Positions 9,909 to 20,706 of a stretch of 64,000 nucleotides of DNA are shown here, piece after piece. The notes beneath the pieces were generated by a model. It was not told the DNA's origin and did no database searches. It worked only from the letters and a program-made list of their open reading frames with translations. Every line of letters starts with the position of its first letter. Positions within the stretch are counted from its first letter, which is position 1. The translations under genes and the position numbers were made by a program. The DNA comes from Candidatus Kuenenia sp. (GTDB lineage: Bacteria > Planctomycetota > Planctomycetia > Pirellulales > UBA1268). The stretch is taken from positions 2,085 through 66,084 of the forward strand of contig JAYQOK010000001.1 in NCBI GenBank assembly GCA_038144795.1, in the 5' to 3' direction.

Positions 9909-11849
9909 TCAAAACGTCCAGCGACGTGACCCGCCCTGCGACGGGACGATGACAATGTCATCAAGATCGATGGCGGCAGATCCCGATGGCAGATAGAGCC
10001 GCAGGATGCTCACGTTTTCCTTGACGGGCAGTTCGATGGTCACTGTCTGCCAGACGGATTCGCCAGCGACCCGGTAGGGCACGGAAAGAGCCTCGGCGGC
10101 ACCGGCTGTCGCGAGCAGAGCGATACGACCCTCGCCTGCCTGCGGCGCCCGGACGCGGAATGAGAAGCGGGCAGTGCCTGGAGCCAGCCGCACACTGACA
10201 CCAAGAAAGGAGGCGGGGCCCTTGGACTGCACACTGAGGGCACCGTCGCGGACGACCGCTACTCCAGCGCGATTCTTCCAACCACCGGAGAGATCGTCCG
10301 CTGCCATGGGCTTGTCGATGGCAACTCTGGCGGCGGGCGGTGCTACCGTACTGCGGTCCGAGTTGAGCAGCGGAATCACGGCGTCTGTGTCGACGAGGTG
10401 AGACTGCAGCAGATTGCTGAGTTCTGTAACCATCTCAGGACGTTCACCGGCCAGATTGTGTCGTTCACCCGGATCGTTGGCGAGGTCGTAGAGTTCAAAT
10501 TCATCGGAGCCATCGTCAGCCCGCGCGTAGAAGCGAATGAGTTTCATGCCTCCTCTCCGCAGGGACGATGAAGCGTAGAAACCATCCATCGCCGAGGCTT
10601 GGGTGGCAGTGCCATGCGGGAAGTGACAGAAAACGTGCGTTCTGGGCGAGGCTCCGCCCATGAGGGCTGCGGCTTGGTCCACCCCGTCAACCCGCTGCCC
10701 AGGCTTTCTCGACACTCCACAGATGGTAAGCAGCGTCGGGTAGAGATCGGTCGACTGCATCAAAAAGTCAGCCGTGGCGCCGGCCTTGATCCTCCCGGGC
10801 CAGACAACGAGTCCGGGTTCCCGTGTGCCTCCTTCATAGATCGAGGCCTTGCCACTGCGGTAGGGCAGGTTGCTGGTCGCGGGGATCTCGGCATATCCCT
10901 CCGGGTCAGTCTTCTTGGGCGGGTAGGCGTAACCGCCATTGTCAGACCAGAACACGACCAGCGTGTTGTCGGCCTCACCAGACTCCTCGAGGTGGTGCAG
11001 CAATCGCCCCACCGCGGCATCCATGCTCTTCACCATGGCGGCGTAGAGTGGGTTTCTTTGTGGGTTGGCAGGATCGGTTTTCTTCGAAAAATGCGCGATG
11101 GAATCTGCCCGTGCGTTCCATGGCGAGTGTACGGAAAACAGCCAGAAGTTCACGAAGAACGGCCGGCCCTTGTTGGCCCGGATAAAGGCGCCTGCCTCAT
11201 CGGCCATGCGCTCATCGATATGGCGGCCAGCCTCATCCGTGATCAAGGGATCACGGATAAATTTCCATGGTGCGAGATAGCCTCCCCCACCACCAGGCCC
11301 TGGCGCTTTCGGGGTGTGCGGCCAATCGATATCGAATCCCTGATCCTTCGGCTCATAGGCCTCGTCTGCAGTGAGGTTGTGACCGAGATGCCACTTCCCG
11401 AAATGACCGGTGGCATACCCGGCATCCTTCAGCGCCTCGGCAAGCGTGTAGTATTTGGAGTCCAGCCGTGTTACTGAGTCGGCGACGAGAACGCGGGCGC
11501 TTCGACTCACCAACAAACGCTTTTCAAGCTGGACGGTCGGCAGGTGACAAACCGGGGCGGTGATGCCGATACGCGCCGGGTGTTGTCCGGTCAGGATGCT
11601 CGCCCGGGTGGGAGAGCAGAGGGGGCTGGCAGCATACGCATTCGTCAATCGAACGCCCCGCGAAGCGAGCCGATCCAGATTGGGAGTCTCATGGTAGGTG
11701 CTGCCAAAACAGCCCAGGTCAGACACACCGAGATCGTCCGCGAGGATCAGCACGACGTTCGGCCTGCCTTCGGCGCAAGCCACCGAACGACTGAGAAGAA
11801 TCGCGGCGAACAGAGCGAATCGAAGGCTGCTCATCACTGATCTCATCAT
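9909..11849 (-). CDS. formylglycine-dependent sulfatase (arylsulfatase A family) with an extra C-terminal domain of about 170 aa
   Basis: NVVLILADDLGVSDLGCFGS and the CSPTRASILTG sulfatase signature, plus a signal peptide. The C-terminal 160-170 aa (about 9909..10400) lie beyond the usual sulfatase core. Confidence 0.9.
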   Translation of the reverse strand: MMRSVMSSLRFALFAAILLSRSVACAEGRPNVVLILADDLGVSDLGCFGSTYHETPNLDRLASRGVRLTNAYAASPLCSPTRASILTGQHPARIGITAPVCHLPTVQLEKRLLVSRSARVLVADSVTRLDSKYYTLAEALKDAGYATGHFGKWHLGHNLTADEAYEPKDQGFDIDWPHTPKAPGPGGGGGYLAPWKFIRDPLITDEAGRHIDERMADEAGAFIRANKGRPFFVNFWLFSVHSPWNARADSIAHFSKKTDPANPQRNPLYAAMVKSMDAAVGRLLHHLEESGEADNTLVVFWSDNGGYAYPPKKTDPEGYAEIPATSNLPYRSGKASIYEGGTREPGLVVWPGRIKAGATADFLMQSTDLYPTLLTICGVSRKPGQRVDGVDQAAALMGGASPRTHVFCHFPHGTATQASAMDGFYASSSLRRGGMKLIRFYARADDGSDEFELYDLANDPGERHNLAGERPEMVTELSNLLQSHLVDTDAVIPLLNSDRSTVAPPAARVAIDKPMAADDLSGGWKNRAGVAVVRDGALSVQSKGPASFLGVSVRLAPGTARFSFRVRAPQAGEGRIALLATAGAAEALSVPYRVAGESVWQTVTIELPVKENVSILRLYLPSGSAAIDLDDIVIVPSQGGSRRWTF

Positions 11850-12857
11850 TCAGTTCGCGTCCTCGACCACATCGTGACCGCGTGCCGTGCGGCGGCTGAA
11901 GAGGATGCTCAGGGTTCGCAGGTAGGTATGCAGACCCGCATCTTGGATCGGCAGAATATGGGCCGGGTGGCCTGACTCGTTGTGGTGCGAATGCCACAGG
12001 CCGGGCGGTGTGATGAAGACCGAGTGCGGCTCCCAGTCGAATCGCTCACCATCGGCAATCGAACCGTCGGCGGCCAACTGCGGCCCTACCATCGTGTAGC
12101 AGCCCGGCTTGGCATCGACAACAAGATCGACTGCCACTGACTGGTGCCGGTGTGGCGGTTGCACGACCCCCACCGGCAGGATACCGAACATTGCCCATAA
12201 CACGTGCGTGACCGTCATCGACTGCGGAAAGAGATGGTTGCCCAAAAGAACACTCAGGCGGTTGGCCCGAGCGCTCTCCGGATTGCGAACCACGGCATCG
12301 AGTGCCTCGCGGATTGCCTCGTGGCGGTAGAGCGTGGGGCCAAACCGCCGGGTCATCGCCTGAACGCCAAGATGCCTCAGGAGCGGTTCGTCATGCACCC
12401 AGTAGAGGGCTGCGTCGTCGCCACCCACATGCGTTGCCGTGCTCCGGGCGGGGAGTGTGAAGACGTCACCCGCACACCACGGAATCTCAACGCCCGCGGG
12501 CATGTTGAACCCACCGTCGAAGTCAAGCCGCGTCGCCCCCGTGCCTCGCATGACGAAGAACAGTTGGCTCGTCGCGTTGACGTCGGTGACGATCGCGTCG
12601 CCCGAGTGGATTCGAATGAAGTTGGCACACAGCCCAGGCGTCGTGGCTGGCCCCACGCAGCCGAGCGTCGTGCTGGTATCGAGGGGCAGGATGCGGGTTG
12701 GCCCCTGCTCATGAAGCGTGGCGGCGAAGCGCGCCCCCGGGACTGGCGCTACCCCCGTGTCGGCGAGCGGGTTTGAAGCCCGCCGGTAATCATAAAATCG
12801 GGCAGCCGCAGTGAACCGCTCCGTGGGGTCGTCATGCGATCGCATCGGTTCAAGCAT
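11850..12857 (-). CDS. bicupin protein (gentisate 1,2-dioxygenase-like cupin)
   Basis: ORF 11850..12932, start moved to Met26. Cupin metal motif PPHRHQSVAVDLVV and a second cupin-like half. Its stop is immediately followed by the sulfatase ATG (TGAATG). Confidence 0.55.
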   Translation of the reverse strand: MLEPMRSHDDPTERFTAAARFYDYRRASNPLADTGVAPVPGARFAATLHEQGPTRILPLDTSTTLGCVGPATTPGLCANFIRIHSGDAIVTDVNATSQLFFVMRGTGATRLDFDGGFNMPAGVEIPWCAGDVFTLPARSTATHVGGDDAALYWVHDEPLLRHLGVQAMTRRFGPTLYRHEAIREALDAVVRNPESARANRLSVLLGNHLFPQSMTVTHVLWAMFGILPVGVVQPPHRHQSVAVDLVVDAKPGCYTMVGPQLAADGSIADGERFDWEPHSVFITPPGLWHSHHNESGHPAHILPIQDAGLHTYLRTLSILFSRRTARGHDVVEDAN

Positions 12858-12997
12858 CGGCTGATTCCTGGCGGGAAAGGCGGGATCACAGTATACGACC
12901 CGCACCAGGCCGCTCAGTAACGCTGGCGGCAAACCAGAATATCGCCAGGTAGACGGTTGATGGCGGCCTGTGCCACACTTTGAGCGGGAGGATGCCT

Positions 12998-13621
12998 ATG
13001 TCATGGCTATTGTTCGGTTTTGATTCCCACCTGCCGCCCCTCGTGGCCGCTGTGGCAGACACACCGTGGGGATGGATTGTCGTCGGTCTGATTGTGGCCA
13101 TCGGCGTCGGGGCAATCGTTCTTTACAACCAGCTTGTTGCGATGACCGTTCGCGCTGACAATGCATGGAGCGATATCGATGTGCAACTCAAACGGCGTCA
13201 CGACCTCATCCCCAACGTGGTCGAGGCCGTGAAGGGCTACACGGGCTACGAAAAAGATGCCCTGCAGACGGTCATCGAGGCCCGTGGCCGTGCAATGGGG
13301 GCGACTACTGCACACGATGCCGCCACCGCGGAGAATATGTTGACCGGTGCGCTCAAGAGTCTCTTTGCACTGGCGGAGGCTTACCCCGATCTCAAGGCAA
13401 GCGACCAGTTCACCCATTTGCAACAGCAGTTAGCGACCATCGAAGACACGCTGCAGGCCGCGCGGCGTTACTACAATGCTACCGTCCGTGACCTGAATAC
13501 CTCGGTGCGAATGTTTCCTTGGAACCTTCTCGCCGGCCCCGCTGGCGCCAGGCCACGCGAGTTCTTCGAGGTGGAAAACGTCACTGAGCGGGCCGCACCG
13601 AACGTGCGCTTCGAAACCTGA
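12998..13621 (+). CDS. lemA: LemA family protein
   Basis: YNQLVAMTVRADNAWSDIDVQLKRRHDLIPNVVE and YPDLKA...F..LQ..L...E are typical of LemA. Start placed at Met7 (GGGAGG 6 nt upstream). Confidence 0.85.
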   Translation: MSWLLFGFDSHLPPLVAAVADTPWGWIVVGLIVAIGVGAIVLYNQLVAMTVRADNAWSDIDVQLKRRHDLIPNVVEAVKGYTGYEKDALQTVIEARGRAMGATTAHDAATAENMLTGALKSLFALAEAYPDLKASDQFTHLQQQLATIEDTLQAARRYYNATVRDLNTSVRMFPWNLLAGPAGARPREFFEVENVTERAAPNVRFET

Positions 13622-15510
13622 TGCACTTCGCTGTGATCCTCTTGGCGGCGTTGCTCGCCACCGCGATGGCCGAGTCACGCGAGTCGTTCGCACGATCGAT
13701 TGCCATCGACGACTTCGACGTGGCGATCGATCTTGATGATGGCGGCACACTCGCCATCACCGAAACGATTCGCCTACGATTCACGGGCCAGTGGAACGGC
13801 ATCCATCGGCTTGTGCCCGTGGAATACCGGGCGCCTACCGGTGATCGCTTTTTCCTTCGATTCACCTTTGAGGGTGTGACCAACGAGGCAGGCGTGCCGC
13901 TCAAGGTGAGCCGCTCCCGCGAGGGCCCGCATGAGGATCTCAAGATCTTTATTCCCGGCGCTGTCGACACCGTGCAAACAATCGTTGTCCGCTATCGGAT
14001 CGGCCGCGGCGTGCGGTTCTTTCCCGACCACGATGAACTCTTCTGGAACGTCACTGGTGATGAATGGCCCTATCCGATCCGCGCAGCTCGGGCTCGCATG
14101 ACGCTGCCCCGCGACCTCATAAACGTGCGTGCCAATGGCTTCACGGGGGCCTACGGCGCCACCGAGCGGGCCGTTACGATCCGCATCGATGGCGAGCGGC
14201 ATGGACCTGCCGATACCTTCGACCCGGCGGTGGAGTCACCACCGCCTCCTGCTGAAAGGCATGTCGTCGAAATCAAAGCTGACCGGCCGCTGGGTATTCG
14301 TGAGGGACTCACGATAGCGGTTGCCTGGAACCCAGGTGTCATTCCGCGACCGAGTGCGATGACACGGTGGCTTGACTGGATCCACGACAACCTCGCAGGC
14401 TTCCTCACCGCTGGTGTGCTCATCGCGGTGCCACTCGTGACGTTTTCTCTGCTGCTGCGGCGCTGGCTACGGCACGGCCGCGATCCGGTGACGGGGCCCG
14501 TCGTGGTGCAGTATGAGCCTCCGGCTGGACTCGGCCCCGGCGAAGTAGGCACGCTCGTCGACAACCGACCTGACACCCGTGACCTCATCGCAATGCTTGT
14601 CGATCTGGCGGCGCGCCGGGTGATCCAGATTCGTGAGACAGCCGCGGCGGGCTGGTTCTCGAAGGCGACCTATGCTTTCGATCTCCTCCTGCCTGCCAAT
14701 CCTGCCAATCAGCGCTCGCAGTTGTCCAGGACGGAACGCCTCCTCCTAGATGGCCTGTTCGCGGAGGGGCACCTCGTGTCAGGACAGACGACCCCCGACG
14801 GACAGCCCATCGTTGAGACTGTAGAGAGTGGTGATCTGGAAAACCGCTTTCACAGCCAGCTGCCGGGCATCCGCTCAGCCATTTTCGAACGACTGGTTCA
14901 GGATGGGCATTATGCGAAGCGGCCCGACCACGTCGTCTCGACTCACATGGCGATCGCGATGATCGGGGCCGTCCTTGTAGTTTTTTTTGTTGCCTTCGCC
15001 GGCGTCTTCGTGCCATCCCTGCGACGCGGCCCTATGTTTTTCCTGACAATCGTCTCGGCAGCCACCTCGATTTTCTCGGTCGTCGGGTTCGGCCTCATCA
15101 TGCCAGCCCGCACAAAACGCGGAGCCGATACCCGTGCCGCGATCCTCGGCTTTGAAGAGTTTCTCTCGCGGGTGGAGGCCCATCGGCTGGCGACCATGCC
15201 GCTCACTCCCGAACTGTTCGAACGCTACCTTCCCTACGCGATGGCTTTGGGTGTGGAAGGCCGCTGGGCGAGAGCCTTTGAAGGGATCTGCAACGAGCCG
15301 CCACGGTGGTATTCAGGAACCGGAACGGTCGGCACCTTTCACACCGCCAATCTCACCGGCGGCCTGTCGAGAATGGGCGCTGTGACAGCCGCGGCCATGC
15401 AGTCGGCGCCTCGTTCTAGCGGCGGCTCAGCTTTCGGCGGGGGTGGTTCTTCCGGAGGGGGCGGCTTTTCAGGAGGCGGCTTCGGTGGGGGCGGTGGCCA
15501 TGGCTTCTAG
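13621..15510 (+). CDS. DUF2207 domain-containing membrane protein (usual LemA partner)
   Basis: 629 aa. N-terminal signal, internal TM helices, a Gly-rich GGGSSGGGGFSGGGFGGGGGHGF C-terminus. TGATG overlap with lemA. Confidence 0.8.
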   Translation: MHFAVILLAALLATAMAESRESFARSIAIDDFDVAIDLDDGGTLAITETIRLRFTGQWNGIHRLVPVEYRAPTGDRFFLRFTFEGVTNEAGVPLKVSRSREGPHEDLKIFIPGAVDTVQTIVVRYRIGRGVRFFPDHDELFWNVTGDEWPYPIRAARARMTLPRDLINVRANGFTGAYGATERAVTIRIDGERHGPADTFDPAVESPPPPAERHVVEIKADRPLGIREGLTIAVAWNPGVIPRPSAMTRWLDWIHDNLAGFLTAGVLIAVPLVTFSLLLRRWLRHGRDPVTGPVVVQYEPPAGLGPGEVGTLVDNRPDTRDLIAMLVDLAARRVIQIRETAAAGWFSKATYAFDLLLPANPANQRSQLSRTERLLLDGLFAEGHLVSGQTTPDGQPIVETVESGDLENRFHSQLPGIRSAIFERLVQDGHYAKRPDHVVSTHMAIAMIGAVLVVFFVAFAGVFVPSLRRGPMFFLTIVSAATSIFSVVGFGLIMPARTKRGADTRAAILGFEEFLSRVEAHRLATMPLTPELFERYLPYAMALGVEGRWARAFEGICNEPPRWYSGTGTVGTFHTANLTGGLSRMGAVTAAAMQSAPRSSGGSAFGGGGSSGGGGFSGGGFGGGGGHGF

Positions 15511-15564
15511 CCGCCGGTGAAAATGTCGTCGCTCAATCTGATCGACTTGGTCACCCGGGAATGA

Positions 15565-16842
15565 TCAATAGCTGGGAAAGATGGCGGGCGTCGGAAAGCG
15601 CTCGTCGAGGCCGGCTGATCCGTCAGACAGGTACTCCTCTCGCGGCAGGTTGACGACGGGCCAATCTCCGGGGCGTACACGCACCGTCCTACCGATGCGG
15701 ATACCCTCGATGATGAGGTCGGTTTCAAAGCGGATTTGAATGCCGCTGCTGCCGAGCGGCGGCTCTCCGGGCGCCTTGATGACGTCGATAATGGTTCCTC
15801 GTGAGGCCATATGCGCCGGGCCATAGGCACCGTGGGTGTGCTTCAAGGTGTTCTCCACCGCGTTCATCATGGCAGGGCTCCCGTTCCGAAAATCGGCATA
15901 GAGCGAAGGAGCCATGCCACCAAACAGGGTCGCGGTCACGGTCGCCCTACCAAACGCTCCGTACTCAACTGCATCGATCCGGGCGGGGAGCCAACGACTG
16001 CGGATAAAGGTCTTGTGGATCTCCGTCTGGTTGTGTGCCGCTCGCTGGATCGCCACGTCATCCAGCCAGATGTCGGAGACATGAAAGCGGGTAAAAATTC
16101 CGTCCGGCGTGGGCCTCCAGGTGATGCCAAGCAGAACAGGCTGCGCCTCAAGAGATTTCTTGCCGCTGGCCGGCCACACTCCTTCGGCCACGAGATCCTC
16201 GATGTGGAGCAACTCGCGGCCGCGCCACACACGAATCGCGGTATCAAAGGTCATTGCTTCCTCAGCCGACAAGCCCGCGCCGCCATCCTTCGGTTCACGG
16301 CTAGCGACGATCGTGCCCCCGTGCTTCTGCAACTCCACTTCCTGAAGCCTCCAGACCATGCCCTCGCGGAGGCAGCGGCTGGGCTCATCTTCCAGGAGAA
16401 GGACATGGTTCTCGGCGGGTGCAATCCCGGCGCCGCGATTGTGGTTTGCATCTTTCGTCTTGTTGTCGACCGGCAACACCGGCACGGCGGAGATCGTCGG
16501 GTCCGGAGGGAGATAGGCACTGACGTATACGACGGTTCCCAGTGGGATGTCACGGAGATCGGCCGGTGCTCCGTGGTAGCGAATGACTCCGTAGGGAAGC
16601 ATGGCGAAGGGGTGCGGATCGTTGCGGAAAAACATTCCCGTACCCTGCACGCGGATGCTGCCACGGCGGTTGGCATGGTCCACGAAGACAAGTTCACCTC
16701 GATAGACGTGCGCTTTGTCGAGTGGAGGAAACCTGCCTGCCTCCGGTCGGAATGGTTCCTCGGCGGCAGCGATGGATGAGGCGAGAAACGACACGCCAAG
16801 GCACGAGGCCGCGAGCCAGCATGGACGGGACGATCTGGTCAT
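15565..16842 (-). CDS. hypothetical secreted protein (425 aa), translationally coupled to the DUF1552 gene
   Basis: ORF 15565..16956. Met39 gives a signal peptide ([30 protein letters not shown]) and forms an ATGA overlap with the stop of the upstream DUF1552 gene (16839). No family recognised. Confidence 0.55.
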   Translation of the reverse strand: MTRSSRPCWLAASCLGVSFLASSIAAAEEPFRPEAGRFPPLDKAHVYRGELVFVDHANRRGSIRVQGTGMFFRNDPHPFAMLPYGVIRYHGAPADLRDIPLGTVVYVSAYLPPDPTISAVPVLPVDNKTKDANHNRGAGIAPAENHVLLLEDEPSRCLREGMVWRLQEVELQKHGGTIVASREPKDGGAGLSAEEAMTFDTAIRVWRGRELLHIEDLVAEGVWPASGKKSLEAQPVLLGITWRPTPDGIFTRFHVSDIWLDDVAIQRAAHNQTEIHKTFIRSRWLPARIDAVEYGAFGRATVTATLFGGMAPSLYADFRNGSPAMMNAVENTLKHTHGAYGPAHMASRGTIIDVIKAPGEPPLGSSGIQIRFETDLIIEGIRIGRTVRVRPGDWPVVNLPREEYLSDGSAGLDERFPTPAIFPSY

Positions 16843-18200
16843 AGCTCCAGCACCTTGTTGCTGTCGCCAAACTGGTCGATCTCGACGCCCATCCGCTGGG
16901 CCATGAGGAGGAGCAGGTTGCTCATGTGGGCCGCCGGGTTTGCCGGACGGCTGCACAGTGCATAGTGGTCCCCTGGTGTGTCGAGTTGGTAGCCCTCAAA
17001 GTGCCCCTGATTGAAGTCAAGGTGGCTACCATGCTTCAGACCTAGAGCAACACCGCCGGCGAGAACCAGCGGCAGATTGGCGTTGCCATGGCTGTGGCCG
17101 TAGGACATGCCACTCCCGAAAAGTGCCATCGTCGTATCCAACAGCGGCCTGTCGTTGAGATCCTTTGTTTCGGTGAGCCGGGTGAGAAAATAGCCGAACT
17201 GCTCAATCGCAAAGGTGTCGTACATTGTGAGCTTTTCCATATAGCCCGGATCGCCGCCATGGTGGCTCAGTTGATGTCGTGACTCGGTGATGCCAATCTC
17301 CGGGATTGCGATGGCGTCCCCTTCACCGCCGAGGCTGAAGGTGGCCACCCGCGTCACATCGGTCTGGAAGGCGAGCACCATGAGGTCATAGACCGTGCGG
17401 AAGTATTCGCCCGCCATGGTTTTGGCGATGTCACGATTCGTCCGGTTGCGATCAGCCTCGGTGATGGTGGGCAGCGGTGTGTCGAGCCACGCATCTGCCC
17501 GCCGTGTGCGAATCTCCGCGTCGCGCACGGATGAAAGATATTGGTCGAGGCGTCCCTTGTCGGTAGTTCCCATTTTCTGCTCCAGACGACGCACCTCCGC
17601 GAGGTTGGCGTCGAGCACGCTCCCCTTGCGGCGTAAGGCGCGTCGTTGGGCTGTCTTTCCCCCTTTGGGCTCCTCGAAAAGGGAGGCGAAGATCTCGCTG
17701 CACCGCCGCATCGCAGGCAGCCTCACACCATCAGCCGTCCAGGCGAGGGAGTCCTGCGTGATGGCAACCTCCATCGATGGGTAGCGGGTGTGCTGCGCCG
17801 TGAGTTCAGCCATCTTCTGATCGACCGAGATGGTGTTGCGATCAGATGGCCCAAGCTTGCCCCCCGTGAGCCAGACGGAGATGCAGTTGTGGTGGTGACT
17901 CAGGGCCCCCGGGTGATGAAGTCCGCTGATCGGCGTGATCACGTCACGGTGCTTCTCAAGAGGCTTCAGCGACCGCGAGAACTGATAGTCCCTGCCCGGT
18001 GTGACGATTTGGTAATTCAACGAATGAACACCGTTGGCCAGATAGATGAAGGCGCTGCGTTTGGGCGGTGTAGTGACAACATTCTCAGCCCCCTGCAATG
18101 GGACCATGCATTCGAGGAGGGGCAACGAGATACAGCCGCCCATGGCACGCAGCGCATGGCGCCGGTCGAGCAGCCAGGATTGCGAAAGAAAGGTGCCCAT
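16839..18200 (-). CDS. DUF1552 domain-containing protein (Tat-signal type)
   Basis: N-terminal [32 protein letters not shown] hallmark, C-terminal [18 protein letters not shown] lies 7 nt upstream of the ATG. Confidence 0.85.
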   Translation of the reverse strand: MGTFLSQSWLLDRRHALRAMGGCISLPLLECMVPLQGAENVVTTPPKRSAFIYLANGVHSLNYQIVTPGRDYQFSRSLKPLEKHRDVITPISGLHHPGALSHHHNCISVWLTGGKLGPSDRNTISVDQKMAELTAQHTRYPSMEVAITQDSLAWTADGVRLPAMRRCSEIFASLFEEPKGGKTAQRRALRRKGSVLDANLAEVRRLEQKMGTTDKGRLDQYLSSVRDAEIRTRRADAWLDTPLPTITEADRNRTNRDIAKTMAGEYFRTVYDLMVLAFQTDVTRVATFSLGGEGDAIAIPEIGITESRHQLSHHGGDPGYMEKLTMYDTFAIEQFGYFLTRLTETKDLNDRPLLDTTMALFGSGMSYGHSHGNANLPLVLAGGVALGLKHGSHLDFNQGHFEGYQLDTPGDHYALCSRPANPAAHMSNLLLLMAQRMGVEIDQFGDSNKVLEL

Positions 18201-18224
18201 CGAAATTCTCCTTGTAGGATCAAC

Positions 18225-20672
18225 TCATCGTTTTTGGATCAAATCAGACAGGGCCACTGCGCGGATCATGTCCTGGACACGGTAGTCGTTCTTTTCTGCT
18301 TCAGCCTGGATCGCCTCGAGGTCGTCGCGGTCGTCCACGGTCAGTACACGACGCAACGCATACGTGCAAAGGTGCTCGATAAAGGCTCGGGCGACCGCGT
18401 CACGGTCCTCGAGTAGCAATCGCTTAAACTCATTGGCATTGGTGAATGCCCGGCCATCAGGCAGCACGCCGGCAGGATCAATGAGAGGATCCTCCCCAAC
18501 ACCAGCTGCAACTTTCTCGCGGGTCCGCCATTGGCCGATGGCATCATAGTTGTCCCAGGCGAGTCCGAGTGGATCGATGGAGGCATGGCAGGCGGCACAA
18601 TTGGCATTGTTCTGATGTGCCTCCAGTTTTTGCCGAAGGGTTGCCTTGGGGCCCTGAGGCTGATTCGGCTCGATGGCAGGAACGTTGGCCGGCGGGGGCG
18701 GTGGTGTCTTTGCAAAGATCGTTTCGCTGACCCACACGCCCCGATGAACCGGGCGATGGCGGGTGCCGTCGGAGGTGAGCCCGAGGACCGCGCCCATCGT
18801 GAGCAAGCCGCCGCGGTGATCCTCCGGCTTGAGCGACACGCGTTGGAAGCCGTCAACTTTCGGCTCCGGCAATCCATAAAAGTCACAGAGACGGGCGTTG
18901 GCCATGGTCCAGTCGCAGTCGATGAAACCGTCGATCGGCAGATTTCCGGTGAACATCTCACGGAAAAACTCGACCGGCTCGGAACGCATGCTGGTCTCAA
19001 GCCATGCGTCATAGCTTGGGTAGAGTTTCCTGTCCGGGGGGAACATGCCTACGCGGTGCAGTTGAAGCCACTGCCGTGCGAAGTCATCGATGAAGCGGTG
19101 GATCCGGCTGTCACCCAGCATCCGATCCACTTCCATCTGCAGGCCCGCGCCACTCAGCGCGTTGTCGCGGGCTGCCGCGAAAAGCCTGTCATCAGGCATG
19201 GAACTCCACAGAAAATATGAAAGCCGGGAAGCAATTTCCCAGGCGGTGAGTTGCTCACGGTCGACTGTGTCGCCCTCGACAAGATACATGAAATTCCGAG
19301 AGGTCAGCACGCCCTCCAGTGCCACGCGATAGGCTGCGTCCAGGGTTTCGCCCGCTTCCCGCTCGGCACGGTAGGACTGCAGATAGTCCTGCACCTCCTC
19401 CAGGTGAACGGGCCGCCGCCACGCCCGTTCGGCAAAGCGTTGCAGATGGTCTGCGACTCCGTCGGGGGCCGCGTCATCGGGCGGCAGGACACCCCGCCGT
19501 CGCGACACCTCCGCCTCCGTCTCCAGCGGTCCCTGCCATTCGATCCAATCGAGGATGACCGTCGAAAACAGCCCATTTCCCTTGTCATCAAACATCTGCG
19601 GGGCGTTCGGATTCAGCAGCAGGGTCTCACTGCTGTGTGTAAAGACATGACCGCTGCGGCTGGTGAGCGCGTTGCGAAAGGCCGCTCCCTGCCTTCTGTC
19701 AACCACATTCGTGGCGACCACGCAGAAGTCGAGCGATGTCGGCATTTCAAGGAACACCTCAAACTCATAGACCTCTGGACGGTCCTCCGGCGCCGTTAGG
19801 TCAAACTCGATGAGTCCCTCCACTGTCTCCTCGCCGGTTCGCTTGCCGATGCTCAGATGAGCCGGCTGGCCACCGGGCGGGCGGATGCCACTTGCCTGAA
19901 TTCGCACTTTATAGAGCCCGCTGTGCTCCGGCCCCATCTTTCCAAACCAGTGCGGAGAGAGCGCGTTTTGAACACTGCCGGGAAACAGGAGATATCGCAG
20001 CGGCCGCTTGATACCGAAGCGATCCAGCAGCTTCTGTTGTGACTCTCCTCCACCGTAACGCAATTCGGCTGCCGTCTTCCGCACCGTGCGCGCGTCACCA
20101 GACACAGCGGGAAAAGCACGGTTGAGGATAGTCTCCGCTGCACGGTAATACCGATCAATATGGGACGGCGATAGCGACAACTCTGAGCCGATCCGCTCAT
20201 ATCCGTGCCACAACGTATCTTCGTTCAGTTCGCCCGGCTTGGTCGGATCGTAGCGGACCCCAAGCAGGTCATAAATTGTGTTTTCATATTCCTTCCGGCT
20301 CAGTCGGAAATGGGATACTGCAGGCCTCGCTGCCATCCTCGCTGCACGCCCCTCTTTGATGAGCGCATCAAGACTCATCACAAATGACGCAATCTCATCC
20401 TGTGTTGGTTGCCGTTCAGTTTTCGGGGGCATCTCCCCCGAGTTCACCCGCTCAACGACCTCCGCCCAGAGGTGTGAATCGGCGGCTGATGTGAAGTCCC
20501 GTGAGAGGCGATCAATCCGCACATCGCCTTGCTCATCCTCGGCCCCATGGCAACGGATGCAGTGCTTCTCCAGAAAGGATTCGAAAGGTTCAGCGGCGCC
20601 AATGGTACCGATCACGCTCACGCTACAGACGAGGAGCAGAGATGCCCGGTACACAGACGAACAAAAACGCAT
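18225..20672 (-). CDS. DUF1592/DUF1587/DUF1595/DUF1588/DUF1585 family protein with an N-terminal CxxCH (planctomycete cytochrome-like) motif
   Basis: ORF 18225..20777, start moved to Met36 (signal peptide). CIRCH at 20547..20561. [17 protein letters not shown] (DUF1587-like), [11 protein letters not shown] (DUF1592-like), [14 protein letters not shown] (DUF1588-like), [12 protein letters not shown] (DUF1585-like). Confidence 0.85.
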   Translation of the reverse strand: MRFCSSVYRASLLLVCSVSVIGTIGAAEPFESFLEKHCIRCHGAEDEQGDVRIDRLSRDFTSAADSHLWAEVVERVNSGEMPPKTERQPTQDEIASFVMSLDALIKEGRAARMAARPAVSHFRLSRKEYENTIYDLLGVRYDPTKPGELNEDTLWHGYERIGSELSLSPSHIDRYYRAAETILNRAFPAVSGDARTVRKTAAELRYGGGESQQKLLDRFGIKRPLRYLLFPGSVQNALSPHWFGKMGPEHSGLYKVRIQASGIRPPGGQPAHLSIGKRTGEETVEGLIEFDLTAPEDRPEVYEFEVFLEMPTSLDFCVVATNVVDRRQGAAFRNALTSRSGHVFTHSSETLLLNPNAPQMFDDKGNGLFSTVILDWIEWQGPLETEAEVSRRRGVLPPDDAAPDGVADHLQRFAERAWRRPVHLEEVQDYLQSYRAEREAGETLDAAYRVALEGVLTSRNFMYLVEGDTVDREQLTAWEIASRLSYFLWSSMPDDRLFAAARDNALSGAGLQMEVDRMLGDSRIHRFIDDFARQWLQLHRVGMFPPDRKLYPSYDAWLETSMRSEPVEFFREMFTGNLPIDGFIDCDWTMANARLCDFYGLPEPKVDGFQRVSLKPEDHRGGLLTMGAVLGLTSDGTRHRPVHRGVWVSETIFAKTPPPPPANVPAIEPNQPQGPKATLRQKLEAHQNNANCAACHASIDPLGLAWDNYDAIGQWRTREKVAAGVGEDPLIDPAGVLPDGRAFTNANEFKRLLLEDRDAVARAFIEHLCTYALRRVLTVDDRDDLEAIQAEAEKNDYRVQDMIRAVALSDLIQKR

Positions 20673-20706
20673 GGTGATAATATGGAATCGGAAAGGGAAT
20701 TCTGAC

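Noticed and set aside
15811-16779. 322-aa plus-strand ORF.
   Set aside because: It is antisense to the 425-aa secreted hypothetical, which is ATGA-coupled to the DUF1552 gene. The plus-frame product is Arg/His-rich and has no start context.
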